DNA of 64,000 bases from Macrostomum hystrix (GCA_950097015.1 CATNEN010000038.1:16678001-16742000); one strand, 5' to 3'. Positions 27,250-39,712 are shown, counted from the stretch's first letter. Notes: generated by a model not told the origin, from the sequence alone. Translations and numbers: made by a program.

Positions 27250-28072
27250 GAATCCAGTCCATTTCGGCGACAACCATTTTGGCGACAAGTCATTTCGGCG
27301 ACAACCACTTCGGCGACAAACATCGAAACCGCAGTAATAATGGATCTGATAGTGTTTGCTCATTGAGTATGTAATGTATTTGATTGTTCTACTTGTTAAT
27401 GTATTCCTGTTATAGTATAATAATAATAATTGATTACACCTGCCCCAATTGGGTCAGATGTGCAGCCGACAGCACAGCCGCAGCTAATGCGTGGCGCATC
27501 TGAAGGCTGCGTACAGCTGTTCAGTCCATGGACTGGGGGGACGCCACACCACCTTCAATTATCCCAGCTGATGCTGGTACCCATTTAACAGCTGGGTGAA
27601 CTGAAGCAATGCAGAGTTAAGTGTCTTGCTAAAGGACGCAAATTGTTCCAGTGGAGTCGGGAATCGAACCCCCGACCTTCAAGTCGTGAGTCCGACGCCC
27701 TAACCACTAGGCTACAACCTCTACAAAACCTCTACAACCTTTTTTTGTTATAGTATTTGTTTTAACATGTAATATAAATAGCGAATTTGGATCAGTTTGG
27801 TCCGCGCTCTATGTGCGTCAACCTCATGCCCCTGTGGGACAGTAAGGTCTTTTACTTTTAATTGAACTTATAGATCTAATTGAGATCACAGTGCATTTGT
27901 TGCCGATTTGTTCTTCGCTTCTGCTGATTTGATGGATTTGTGACTTCTTTTATTCAATTTAAATAAAAGTAAAAAAATATATAAATAAAATAAAATTGTT
28001 CCACGGCTTCAAAAGTATTGTCGCTGAAATGGTTGTCGCCGAATTGGTATGTCGCCGAAATGGACTGTTTCC
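27250..28072. mobile_element. MITE with TIRs (CAGTCCATTTCGGCGAC), TTCGGCGACAA subrepeats and probable 8-bp TSD
   Basis: Inverted ends; flanks AGTTTTCT (27242-27249) and ACTTTTCT (28073-28080). Confidence 0.85.
27418..27740 (-). mobile_element. Full-length tRNA-derived SINE (family A) nested in the MITE
   Basis: Minus strand: A box TAGCCTAGTGG, B box GTTCGATTCC, central CCTTTAGCAAGACACTTAAC...CCCAGCTGTTAAATGGGTACC domain, (TTA)n tail. TSD TGTTATAGTAT on both sides. Confidence 0.92.
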
Positions 28073-28678
28073 ACTTTTCTTACCTGTCTTTTTACATTTT
28101 TTTCTATTTAGCATATAATATATTCAAAGGCCACCTTTTTCTATAGCTAAATGTATGCAGAAAAAAAAAATAATTTAATGTACAGCCTGGTTCTTCTTTA
28201 GTGAAGAAAAAAGTTTAAACAAAAACAAATTGATTATGACTTCTGTGATAGCAATGTGATAGCTTAGATGAAAATTCACATATTTTACATTTTTTATGGG
28301 CCTAACTAGATCTTTTCTAGGATGAAAATTTTTTTTCTAGGCCTATATAAATATACTTATGAAAGTCACTTTGTTATTTATATAAATGTTTTTTATATCT
28401 TGTCACTACTATTAGCAAATCTTATATATATGTATAGCAATAGTTACAGGTAGCTAAATGGTGCAGTAGCTACATTATTAAAATGTTGATAGCTATTGGG
28501 GTCACAACATTTTGATATTTTACTAGATGTGTTTGAAAATCAGTAAATTTAATTCAGTGTGAGACTTAGAAAGCTTGATCCTTTTATTTTGTGTTCAGAC
28601 CTAATTATAATTTTAGCCTTGCTTGTCAATAACCCACTAAATGAAGATCTACCAAATATGGCAAATATTTCAGCAGCT

Positions 28679-31038
28679 ATGCCAGTTGAACTCAGAGCTG
28701 AGCTAAGTCAGGGTAGCATTTTCCTTGCTGGTGAACCATTGATCTGCAAAATTAGTGTTTCAAATTGTGATCAGACACATGAGTAAGTGAACCATTTCTG
28801 TCTATAGCTAAAATGATACCCTAAGCTAATTATTTGAAATGATTGATTTTGATTTAGTTACAACTAATGCAATTTTAGGAGCCCAATGCTTGCCTGGGCC
28901 AGTGTGCAGCTAATCTGCATGTGCTCAATAACTAAAGCTCCAGCTAAGGCTTCTCAAGCTGTCAATGGCGAGACTTCATTCATAGCCAATCGTGGCGAGA
29001 CTGGCTTCACTTATATATCCACAAAGCCTAGTATACTGTTCTGCAATCTAGTGCTGCGACCAAGCGAGACTAAATGCTGTAAAGATGCTATTTTAGTATG
29101 CTACAGTTTTCTAACTTTTAGAGAGCAAAGCCAATGTGTTTCACCACTTATAATACTAATCCTGATCTCCAGTTTCCTTAGATCACTCCCTAATTCCTAT
29201 GAGGTTATTCCTTTAAAATATCAATGCTCATGAATATTAGGCCCTATATATACGTTTCGACTCATTTTAATCCTCCAACTCAAATTCTAGTTTGGGTTTT
29301 CAGAAAACTTTACAATCCTAAATCTAAGCTTTATTTAGATAACTCCCTTGAGTCCAGAATCTAAGCTAATTTAAATGACCCTAATTTATTTTAATCATTC
29401 GATAATTTAATATAAATTTCCAATATAATCCCTATCTCGCAAATATAGTTCTCAATCTGTTTGTGAACCCGCCAGATGAATACGAGGAATCTCTGCCTTG
29501 GGACGCCCCGCCTAGTCACCGCGGAGCGGGCATTCGCTACTCCTACAAGCTGGTGCTTGGCGTCAGCTCAGTGCTAGGCAAGACTCAAATGCTGAGACTG
29601 CCGTTTCGGGTGTTGTCCATTCACGGTATAAAACGAATTCAGACACAGCAGCAGCAGCAGCAGCAGCAGCTGGAACTTTCATTTGCATCAACAGAAGGCG
29701 ATCATCCAAACACTTCAACATCAGCAGTGACAGACACTGCGGCTGGCTCGATGGCAAATCCCTTTGTTGATTGGCACCCTGCCAACACGGATGAGGCTTC
29801 TCAGGTGAGAACATCCACAACTTTTGGAACATAAAGCTTTTATCTCCAGTACCTTGATCATAGTAGATATTCCAATTTAATTTCATAAATTCATTTATAG
29901 ACTCATACCCAAGATTGATTCTTGATATCCCATATCAATTCCTGATATTCCTAATCGACTTCTGATTTCCCGGATCGATTCCTGGTATCCCTAATCGATT
30001 CCTGATATATAAAATCTATTCCTAATATCCCTGATCGATTCCTGATATCCCTGATCGATTCCTGATATCCCTGATCGATTCCTGATATCCCTACTCGATT
30101 CCTAATGTCCCTAATGGATTCCTGATATCCCTAATTGATTCCTGATATCCCTAATTGATTCCTGATATCCCTTATCGATTCCTGATATCCCTGATCGATT
30201 CCTGACATCCTTAATTGATTCCTGATGTCCCTTATCGATTCCTGATATCCCTAATTGATTCCTGATATCCCTGATCGATTCCTGACATCCCTAATTGATT
30301 CCCGATGTCCCTTATCGATTCCTGATATCCCTTATTGATTCCTTATATCCTTATATCCCTTATAGATTAACGAAATATTAGAAGTATTTGATTTTCAGAA
30401 AATGTATTTCTTACAATTGACCTCGCCCTAATGCCACATAGGAAGAGACCATCTTAGCCCAGATATCGGCCATCACAGGCTCCAAGTGTCTTAGCGGCTA
30501 CAACATCTGCAACTCGCGCGGCGGTCGCGTCACCCGCTTCAGTCTGTTCAAAACGGCCTACAAGCTTGGCGAAAGTGTCCTGGGCGTGTTCGACTTTGCC
30601 AACTGCACCGCCCAGTGCCTCGATGTGAAAGTTTCATTGCAGAGTGTGGAGACAATCTACCAGACTGACGATAAAGGCGAGCGCAGACCAGTTGGGAGTC
30701 ACAGCTGCACTCACGCTGCTGAACAACTGGCTGCCCTCGATCTGCAAGCAGCCCAACTGTTGCTGCATATCAAGCCATCTCTGACGCCGAGTTTCGCTAC
30801 TAAACACGCCGAATTGGCTTGGAAATTGGCGTTCGAATTTACCACTTTGCGTCATCCAATCAGCGATCGACCCGAGCCGCTGCAGCCGCTGGCTACTCTG
30901 TGGCAGCCGCCTGCTACCGTGGCAACGGAGTTCCTGGCCTGGGAGCTGCCAATCTCAGTGTTTGCCTGCAGTCCGCAGGCCATCACCGCGTCCAGCGTGT
31001 CCGCCTATCCGCCCAGCTGCTCGATTGTGCTCTCCTGA
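28679..31038 (+). CDS. RGP1: RGP1 (RIC1-RGP1 Rab6 GEF subunit), 409 aa; exons 28679-28782, 28879-29078, 29476-29804, 30442-31038
   Basis: AELSQGSIFLAGE, LAWASVQL, NRGETG..ISTKPSILFCNLVL, PPSHRGAGIRYSYKL, LFKTAYKLGE and WELPISV match recalled RGP1 motifs. All introns are GT-AG with consistent phases. Confidence 0.95.
29920..30355. repeat. 20-bp minisatellite (GATTCCTGATATCCCTAATC) in RGP1 intron 3
   Basis: About 21 degenerate copies. Confidence 0.93.
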
Positions 31039-31131
31039 GTCGCTTGGGTCTGGATTCTGTCTTCTCCTGTTCTCTTAGACACAATTATCTGTGTCTGCTC
31101 CCCCGTGTGTCCTTTGGTCCGTAGATTTTAA

Positions 31132-31487
31132 TTTAATAATAATATTATAATAATTGCAGGAGGGCTGCGGGCAATGGCACATCATTTGGTGACACTAGAC
31201 CCACAGCCAGCGAGGAGGCAATTATACCCGTTTCGCTGACTCCTGAGCACACACGCACACAGATCCTGTATCCTGTATCCTCAAATCCTCAAATCGATAT
31301 CCTGTACGCAGGCACACGCTCACACAGGTGTGTACATCTGCCCTGACTTTCTCATTATCAGGCAGTGTACACTTTCACTGTGCCTTGGAGGTTGGCCCTC
31401 AAGGGCGTAAATTGCACGACAAGCCCCCAAGCCTTCTCTCTGCGGCTGCGCAACAAATGAATGTGGCCTCGTCGTGAAATCAAACTC
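31132..31487 (-). mobile_element. SINE family B copy, head replaced by a tandem array
   Basis: Closely similar to 51970-52280; ends inside the B box. Confidence 0.9.
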
Positions 31488-31931
31488 ACTCTAGATCCTG
31501 GGGTATCACTCTAGATCCTGGGGTATCAATCTAGATCCTGGGGTATCACTCTAGATCCTGGGGTATCACTCTAGATCCTGGGGTATCAATCTAGATCCTG
31601 GGGTATCACTCTAGATCCTGGGGTATCACTCTAGATCCTGGGGTATCACTCTAGATCCTGGGGTATCACTCTAGATCCTGGGGTATCAATCTAGATCCTG
31701 GGGTATCAATCTAGATCCTGGGGTATCAATCTAGATCCTGGGGTATCACTCTAGATCCTGGGGTATCAATCTAGATCCTGGGGTATCACTCTAGATCCTG
31801 GGGTATCACTCTAGATCCTGGGGTATCACTCTAGATCCTGGGGTATCACTCTAGATCCTGGGGTATCACTCTAGATCCTGTGGTATCAATCTAGATCCTG
31901 GGGTATCACTCTAGATCCTGGGGTATCACTT
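31488..31931. repeat. 20-bp satellite (CTCTAGATCCTGGGGTATCA), 22 copies
   Basis: Direct reading. Confidence 0.97.
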
Positions 31932-32589
31932 CGGGTGCTGAGGTGTCACTCCAGATTCCTGTGTGGTATCATTTTATTAATTTACATAAATTTAATATTC
32001 CTATAATCAGTGAGACGCTCGTATAGCTTGGTTGCAGAATATTGTGACGAATTCGTTACTATTTCGTCTCATTGTCTCATTGTCTTGCGTTGCAAATGTG
32101 ATTATTGTATATTTTGCTTACATAATTGTTTTTATCTATTGTCTGTATAGGGACAGCGTACGTAGTTGTGGGTATTTATTTATTGATTTATTATTATAAA
32201 TAAATTTTGCTTGATCAACTATTTTGGCATAGTTAAATGTCTGTTACATCGGGTTTCAATGCTCATTTTACATAAAATAATGGTTAAAATTATCGTCAGT
32301 TGTTTAAGCTTAAGACAATTGATTCTGAGGTCATGAGTTCGAATCTCAGTCCAAGGAATGCAAATTTGAGTCCATCAGTAAGACAGTTACTTCCCCATTG
32401 GTTCAGTTCACCCAGCTGTAAAACGAATGAACATAATCAGCGGAGATAGCAATGTTCCGTAAAAAGCGGAAAATAATTTCATGCTTTTTAGTCCGAATTT
32501 ACTTTTTAATACTCTACTCATAGTAGCGTTGTTAGTTTTTTTCCTAATTTTGATTGTTAATAACTAATGCAGCTCAATAATGCTTGCAG

Positions 32590-34565
32590 GCGGCCTCTTC
32601 ATCCCTGTCAGCCGACAGTCCGGACTGCGGCGAGGAGGACAGCGACGTAGCGGCGCCTCCGTCCTTGCGTCCGCACCGGCTCAGTCCGTCAACCTCCTCC
32701 ATTCAGAGCCCGGTGTTCTACCATAGACATTCCAGCGCCGACCTGCTGGGGACCTCCGCTCCCGGCCAGCGGCTATTGTGCGGTGGTTCGGCTCGGCGCC
32801 GAGATCATTCTACTTCGCCATGTCGGCATCAGACCCAGCAGCAGCAGCCGGGCAATCAATCGTCAAATCAGCCGCATCATCGCCGAGTAAGAATTGGCTC
32901 TTCTTTTAGCCAGCAACCGCAGCATCAGCAGCAGCAGCAACTGCTGCATCTGAAGGCTAAACGGCGAATCCGAGGCGAGCATCATCACCATCAGCCTCAT
33001 CATCGGCGAGCTCCGATGCGATCCGTGTCGCCGTCGACTCTTGCAGCTCCTGGCACTCCGGCTGGGTGAGTTTCTATGAAAGTAGGGTGAGGTAGCCTTG
33101 TGAAGCTAAGATGTATTCGCGATCCTAATTTGACTTATCGGGCTTGTATCCTAGTGGTTTGACTTAAAGCGTCAGATTCATGACTTTAAGGTCGGGGACT
33201 CGATTTCCGATTCCACTGGTGCAATTTGCATCCTTTAGCAAGACAATTAACTCAGCTATTAAAAATGTACTAGCATTAGCCGGGGTAATTGAGGCGTGTA
33301 TGTGTGTGTGTGTGTGTGTGTAGCGTACCCCAGTCCATGGACTGAACAGCCGTACGCAGCCTTCAGATGCGCCACGCAATAGTTGCGGCTGTGCTGTCGT
33401 CTGCACATGTCGTCTACACCTGCAGGCAGGTGTAAAAAATTATTATTCTATTTACTATTATTCACGATTCTTCATATTATTCTCCTCTCCCCTCGCCTCC
33501 TCTCCTCTCCTCTCCTCTGCTCTTCTTTCCTCTCCTCTCCTCTCCTCTCTTCTCCTCTCCTCTGCTCTTCTTTCCTCTCCTCTCCCCTCCGCTCCTCTCC
33601 TCTCCTCTCCTCTGCTCTTCTTTCCTCTCCTCTCCCCTCCGCTCCTCTCTTCTCCTCTCCTCTGCTCTTCTTTCCTCTCCTCTCCCCTCCGCTCCTCTCT
33701 TCTCCTCTCCTCTGCTCTTCTTTCCTCTCCTCTCCCCTCCGCTCCTCTCTTCTCCTCTCCTCTGCTCTTCTTTCCTCTCCTCTCCTCTCCTCTCCTCTCT
33801 TCTCCTCTCCTCTGCTCTTCTTTCCTCTCCTCTCCTCTCCTCTCCTCTCTTCTCCTCTCCTCTGCTCTTCTTTCCTCTCCTCTCCACTTCCCTCCTCACT
33901 TCTCCTCTGCTCTCCCCTCCTCTCTTCTCTCCCCTCCTCTCTGTAATCGAGTATTTTCTACAGAATAGGGTTTCTGCTCGTGCGTAATATAAAAAATCTC
34001 TGATTAGAAGCAATATATTCAATAGAACTGCGCTTCACAAATTTGAGCATTCCTAAATTTCAGCGGCAGCAACGGCGGCTCCAGGCTGCCTCGAAGGCCA
34101 CCCAGCCAGTCGGATCCGGAGGGCGCCGACTGCGAGGACAATCGCGAAGAGGAGGACTGCGAAGATGACAACGAGGTCTGTCGCGGCGGATGCGCCGAGG
34201 ACGACCTTGATGCCGACTGTCGTGTCGACGCGGTCGCGCCAGATCTCGGCCTTGAGCGGCACGCATCAGAGCCGCCCGTCATTCACGCCAGCGTGGACGT
34301 CAGCGGCGACGCGAATGACGCCGAAGAAATCAACGACGAGACAGCAACGATTCGCGACTGCTGCTGCTGCTGCTGCTGTCACGGCCGAGCTCGTCTGCCG
34401 CTAAGCCAACCGCGCAGGCGTCGCCGAGCTGGCGGAGCAGTCGCCGGTTTCACAAACGATTTGGAACTAATCTGGCAGCTTAGGCGAATGATTAGCGACA
34501 GGGATCAGCGAATCAGATCGCTGGAGCGACAGCTGAATGAGCTGCGACTGTCCAACGCTAAATAA
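32590..34565 (+). CDS. Orphan low-complexity protein with C-terminal coiled coil, about 325 aa; exons 32590-33065 and 34064-34565; no genomic ATG at the 5' end
   Basis: GC-rich open frames joined by a phase-2 GG|gtgagt...tttcag|C intron. Begins at acceptor TAACTAAT...TTGCAG|GCG. Ends LIWQLRRMISDRDQRIRSLERQLNEL. AATAAA at 34611. Confidence 0.75.
33140..33447 (+). mobile_element. Diverged SINE family A in intron
   Basis: Shares head, central domain and CAGTCCATGGACTG...GCAGGTGTAA tail with 27418-27720. Confidence 0.85.
33480..33942. repeat. Polypyrimidine (CTCCT-type) repeat in intron
   Basis: Direct reading. Confidence 0.95.
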
Positions 34566-34959
34566 GAAGCGTTCAATAAGGCTTTGTTTTTCTAACGATA
34601 TCTAAATTTAAATAAACAAATAATTTTTCTGATAAAGTTTCTAATTTTCAAGCTATATTTACGAATTCCCATAATGCACCACTTGTTACAAAATATATTC
34701 TTCCTACTATTTGTTTAATTTTTAAACCTATTTGTAGCAGTGTGGTTAGAATTCCGTCACATCTGACAGGGATATCGTGAGTTCGAATCTCAGCCCAACA
34801 GAGACTTTTGTACCCTTGTACTATTTCCATAGCTCAAAAATAGGTAAAAACACTAGCTGGTGTAGAAATTTGGATTCGCTTAACGGCCTCCCCAGTCCAT
34901 GGACTTAACAGTCGTACACTGTCCTTAGTTTGGATGTGTGGCTATACAGTGTGGCGATT

Positions 34960-35330
34960 AAAGAGAGGAGAGGAGAGAAAAGGTAAGGAAAGGTGAGGAA
35001 AGGTGAGAAGTGGTCATGAGAGAAGAAGAAAGGAGAGGAGAGGTGAGATAAGAAGAGTAGACGAGAGTTGAGATGAGAAGAGTAGAGTAGAGGTGAGATG
35101 AGAAGAATAGACGAGACGTGAGATGAGAAGAATAGACGAGAGTTGAGATGAGATGAGAAGAATAGAGTAAAGGTGAGATGAGACGAGTAGAGTAGAGTTC
35201 AGATGAGAAGAGTGGAGTAGAGGTTAGATGAGAAGAGTAGAGTAGAGGTGAGATGAGAAGACTAGGGGAGAGGAAAGGTTATGTAAGAAAAGGTGAGGAG
35301 ATGATACGAGGGAAGTGAAGAGAGGAACTT
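34960..35330. repeat. Purine-rich degenerate repeat (GAGATGAGAAGAGTAGA)
   Basis: Direct reading; similar tract at 38440-38615. Confidence 0.85.
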
Positions 35331-36249
35331 GAAACTTTATGTACAGCTGTACACAGACTTTAGTGTGGCTGTACATCTGGCCCAACTGAACTGTGAAGTT
35401 GAGATCCCTCTGACAATTGTTGCGCATCATAGAACAGTTTTTGAAAGCGTTGAAATTATTTATCTGTTACGAAGTAGTTTCTCTAAGCCATAGTCTTGCA
35501 TTATATTTGTCTAGTTAATTCGAGTTCAACGATATTTTCTAGTCATTCCTTAGAACTTATTTCTATTCATTATGAATCCACTTAAAAATATTTTTTGCAT
35601 TTAGCTTTGAGTACATAAAAAGATCGGGGCACAGTTATTTGTTATTTATTATCCCCCACCAATTTAATTAGTCTTGTTTATACTCGCATAGTCACAAATA
35701 TTTCTAGTCGCTGGCCTAAATAAAGTTTTGTGTAGTTGCCACTTTTCACTCTTTCACACCTTTGGATTACCTTTGCATAATTTATTGCTTTTTTTAGTAA
35801 CGCACTAAACAACTTACGTTAGAAATAATCATTTGCTATGTCCTCCTGTCATTTTTATATGTCATCAATTTTAACATTTATTAGATTTACGTAAACAATA
35901 TGTACACAATCTAGACGAAATGAACAGTATAAATATTCTATTTTATAATGTATGCGCTGAATTTTTTCATTTCTTATTAGTTTTGCTGTTATTGGAAGCA
36001 AATCTTTCTCCTTATTAAATTTTTATGTATTTTGCTTTTTTTCTTCTAGACCTTTTTGGTCAACAGCGCAAAAGAGGCGCATCTTTAGGTCCTCATTCAA
36101 GAGTTTAGAATTTTAGAATTTATAACTTAAAATCTTATATCCGTAATCATAGTTTGTGTGCCCATGTACATAAATTTTAGGCCTAGATCTTCAGCTCTGA
36201 TTTAATCTATGAGACGTCGGAACTGAGTCAGTAAAGATCTGCCAAAAGT

Positions 36250-37650
36250 TCATTCAACACTCGTATATAATAGCACTCTGTTTATCCTAATTAAACACAT
36301 GTGTACAGACCGTATACTCTGCGAAATAAAGGGCCGATTCACATCGACTAAAGCTGGTCGTGCCTTGAAGAAGCGCGGCTTGGCTTCCGCCGGCATGTGC
36401 AGCTTCACTTCGCCATGCCGATATGTGCCCAGGCCGCCTTGAAATACGTCGTGAAACTGAGCCTGCACATCGTCTGCCTCTCCAGCCACCGCGTTGACCT
36501 GCCCGAAGATCTTCGGCCAGTCGAGTCTCAGCTGCGTCAGCCAGTCCCGGCCCAGCAGCGCGACGTCACCTTGATCGACCACCAGCAGCGTTAGCCGCCG
36601 ATGCTGGCCATTGTGCTGAACGGCGACATCCGCCTGTCCGACGGGCTTGAAGCTCTCGCCTGTGTAGGTCCGTAGCACCGTAGAAGTCGGCGATAGTCTT
36701 AGACCTGGCAGGACCTCTCGCTGAATGCCCTTCGGGATGACGGTCAGGGCGGATCCAGTGTCCACTTCGAAGCGACATGGCTTACCCTGCACCAGCAGCT
36801 CGACGTCTAATCCCTTGCTAGATCCGCACTGCCGAACGCTGAAAAGGGGCTCCTGCAGCTCGGCCGGTTCCGGATCCACCTTGTGCAGCTTGGATGATTT
36901 GCACACTTTGCGGATGTGGCCGATTTTGCCGCAGTTGTGGCACTTTGCCTCGCGCATCCTGCACTGCCGTCGACTGTGAGCACCGCCGCAGCTCGCGCAC
37001 GGGCCCGTGGCCGCAGCAGGCCGCGTTGCGCCAGCTGGAGCTCCAGCTGACTGGCGAGGGGCCTGCTTATTGGTCTCCTTGAATGCTGGAGGTTTCTTTT
37101 GGAAACGCAGGTGGGCAACCGCTTCCGCTCGGTGCGCCATCTCCGATGAGGATCTCTCCGCCGCCTCTAGTGCGTCGAGTCTGGCGAGCAGCGTCTTGAA
37201 GTCAGGCTTTTCGATCTCCAGCAGCTTAGCGCGGTGCGTATCGCTGCGGAGACCGAATACCAACTGGTCGCGCAGTCTTTCGTCCAGAGTGGTCCCGAAT
37301 TCGCAGCGCTCTGATGCCGCTTTCAGGCCAGCGATGAAGTCAGCGAGGCTCTCACCGGGCTTCTGCACGCGCTGTTGAAATCTAAATCTGGCGGAGAGCA
37401 TTGACGTCTTGGGCGCATAATACGCCTTTAGGGTATCAGCTAACTCAGTGTAGGACTTGGAGATCGCTGGTTCCGGCAGGCATAGATTCCGTAGAACCTT
37501 GTAGGCATCCTCTCCGATAGCGGTTACCAGCGTGGCGACCTTTGCCTCGTCTCGGACTTCTTTGCAGATGAAGTACTGTTCGAGCCTCTCTAAGTAGATA
37601 TCAATGTCAGAGTTAGCAGAGAGTTCTGGAATTCTTCCAGTTGTAGCCAT
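36250..37650 (-). mobile_element. Ty3/Gypsy (Mag/K02A2.6-like) gag-protease ORF, truncated at the start of RT
   Basis: YLERLEQYF and RLRDQLVFGL Gag motifs; two zinc knuckles (CASCGGAHSRRQC, CHNCGKIGHIRKVC); protease FEVDTGS and LLGRDWL; homology ends at PRFFKARP (about 36355). Confidence 0.93.
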
Positions 37651-38051
37651 CCTCGTCGCCAATGTGAAATTATGGGTTCTGAGACGAGTAAGTTAGGAGT
37701 AGAAAACAAGCACGTATTCATTAGCGTCCGCGCAGTCATATTTATTGTACTAGTACGACTCAATGGCTGACTCAGCATTGTTAGGAGATTAGGGGTGGGT
37801 GCTACAGCGCCTTGCATCAGTGAGAGAAAGTAAGCATTGGAAACCTAAAAAAAACAGCACAGTGGGGTGACATGAGTGCACGTGAACTATAGCCATGCAG
37901 ATAGCAAATAGCGAGTATTGAAATGACAATAACTAGCTGTTATAGAGTGGCGCGCAAATAGTACTTTTGCTAAGCTATCCGACATCCTCTTTTTGTCTTT
38001 TTGTCCCAACAGTTTTTATTTCTTATCGCTTGGATGTGTATAAACATCACA
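37647..38051 (-). mobile_element. PBS (37661-37647) and probable 5' LTR (37663 to about 38051) of the Gypsy element
   Basis: Minus strand reads ...TTTCACA-T-TGGCGACGAGGATGG, complementary to a tRNA-Ser(GCU)-type 3' end. AATAAA near 37741. The LTR start TGTGATG at 38051 is tentative. Confidence 0.7.
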
Positions 38052-39712
38052 GTGTTTTTTGTGAAAGGCTTCTAACATGTTCTTATTTGATAAATAGGAC
38101 TTACATGTGTCCTTACTAACTTTGTGTCATTTATTCAACATATAGCTATGTGTGCCACCTTAGCTACAAGCACATAAAAAACTTTCAAAGAGATGAGGTT
38201 GTTTCTGATGGCTTTTTAGGCTTCAAAAAGTGTAATGATTAGTTTATATTATATGTATATCAGGTTTATAGATGTTACCCAGTCACACAGCATTTTCACC
38301 AGTTAATGAGTCAGGTAGTTAATCAAATAAGACAGATTTGGCTTTTTTTGTCATTAATAATATTATCATTTTTTATTGAATAATTTTGTTAGGATATAGA
38401 AGAAAGTAGGGAACAACATAAAATTCTTATTGAGTGAAACTGGAAGTGAAAAGAAGAGAGAAAAGTAGAGTAGACTAGAGGAAAAGAGAGTAGAGTTAAG
38501 AAGAGTTGAGTAGAGTAGAGTAAATTCAGGAGAGGAGAGGAGATTAGTGTACAGCTGAGGAGAGAAGAGTAGGGTAGAGTATAGAGCATTAAGCTGAGGA
38601 GAGGAGAGAAGAGTGGAATGGTTTGGAATGACATTGAATTTTGTGCTATATATTAATATCATATAATATTAATATAACTCCTTTTGTGTCATAAAAAGTT
38701 ACAAACTGACTTGTGAAGTTCTGAACAATTAAGCTGACTTGAACCAGGTATAGCCCTGAGTTATATAAAGTTTTTTTAGGACTGAACACCCTCAACATGC
38801 ATGTTACACTTTGTTGTCTAGAGCTTAAGTCCTGAAGACCATGCCTATGAATTAAAAGTTATGATTGCAGGCTGTATAAATATTGTAGCAGACCTCTCAG
38901 CTCTCTCTCTATTTGTTGGATTTGGGATTGGTGAGCTGAGTATTTGGGGGAATGGTAGCGTAAGTTATGAGGGTGAGAATAGGTACTTTCCACGCTGTTC
39001 GGGTTATACCTAAGGTAGCGCTAATGCCCGAGCGGCAAGACACTAGCTACTAACAATGGGAGCGGAATTTACTGCTGCTGGCACGAGGGCTAAGGTCACT
39101 GATCTGGGGCACACAGTCCGTGGGGCGTATCAGGATGGATTGAAGTTGCCTGGTGAACGTCCTTCGCACTCTCACTTACTTTCCTCTATGGGGTCCGGGA
39201 TTAGTACAGTCTCAAGAGGGATAAAGGCGGAGTTTTGGGACTTCAGGGGGGTATTTAGGGAACTTTAGGTGGACTTCGGATAGACTTCAGATGGACTTTT
39301 GGACGGGATTTTAGGACGGTATATTGGGATTTCAAAGGGATCATATAATAGGGTGGATTTGGGTAAAGAAGGCCGACAGATATCTTTGGGAGAGGATTGG
39401 GAAGGCAAAGGTATCTTTAACTGTTTTCCTTTTATTAGGAAAATAGCTAAGGAACTCGGTCTATTTAATAGCGAAACAGGAAAATAGTTAGGAAGTTTAA
39501 TCGCTTGTATTTCGTCGAGAACGTATAGTAGGTTTAACCAGTGTTATTGGTATGACTGGGGAGCGAGGGAGCAGGTTGAAGATCGCATTTATATTTTCCT
39601 CTATATATATACAAAGAAATTGGGGTGGGTGCATGTTTCCACTTGAGAGCGAATATTACGAACAAAGAGCACTGCGTGAGATTACGATATTTAGCTAGCG
39701 CGTGAGGAAAAG

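Noticed and set aside
27650-27720. tRNA-Val(CAC) gene (also 9715-9786 and 43570-43642)
   Set aside because: No proper acceptor stem; continuous with a SINE body, tail and TSD.
34833-34843. Micro-exon CTCAAAAATAG as HSDL2 exon 1 (SL-M-LKNR)
   Set aside because: Phase fits, but it lies within a decayed SINE A central domain, so it is probably coincidental.
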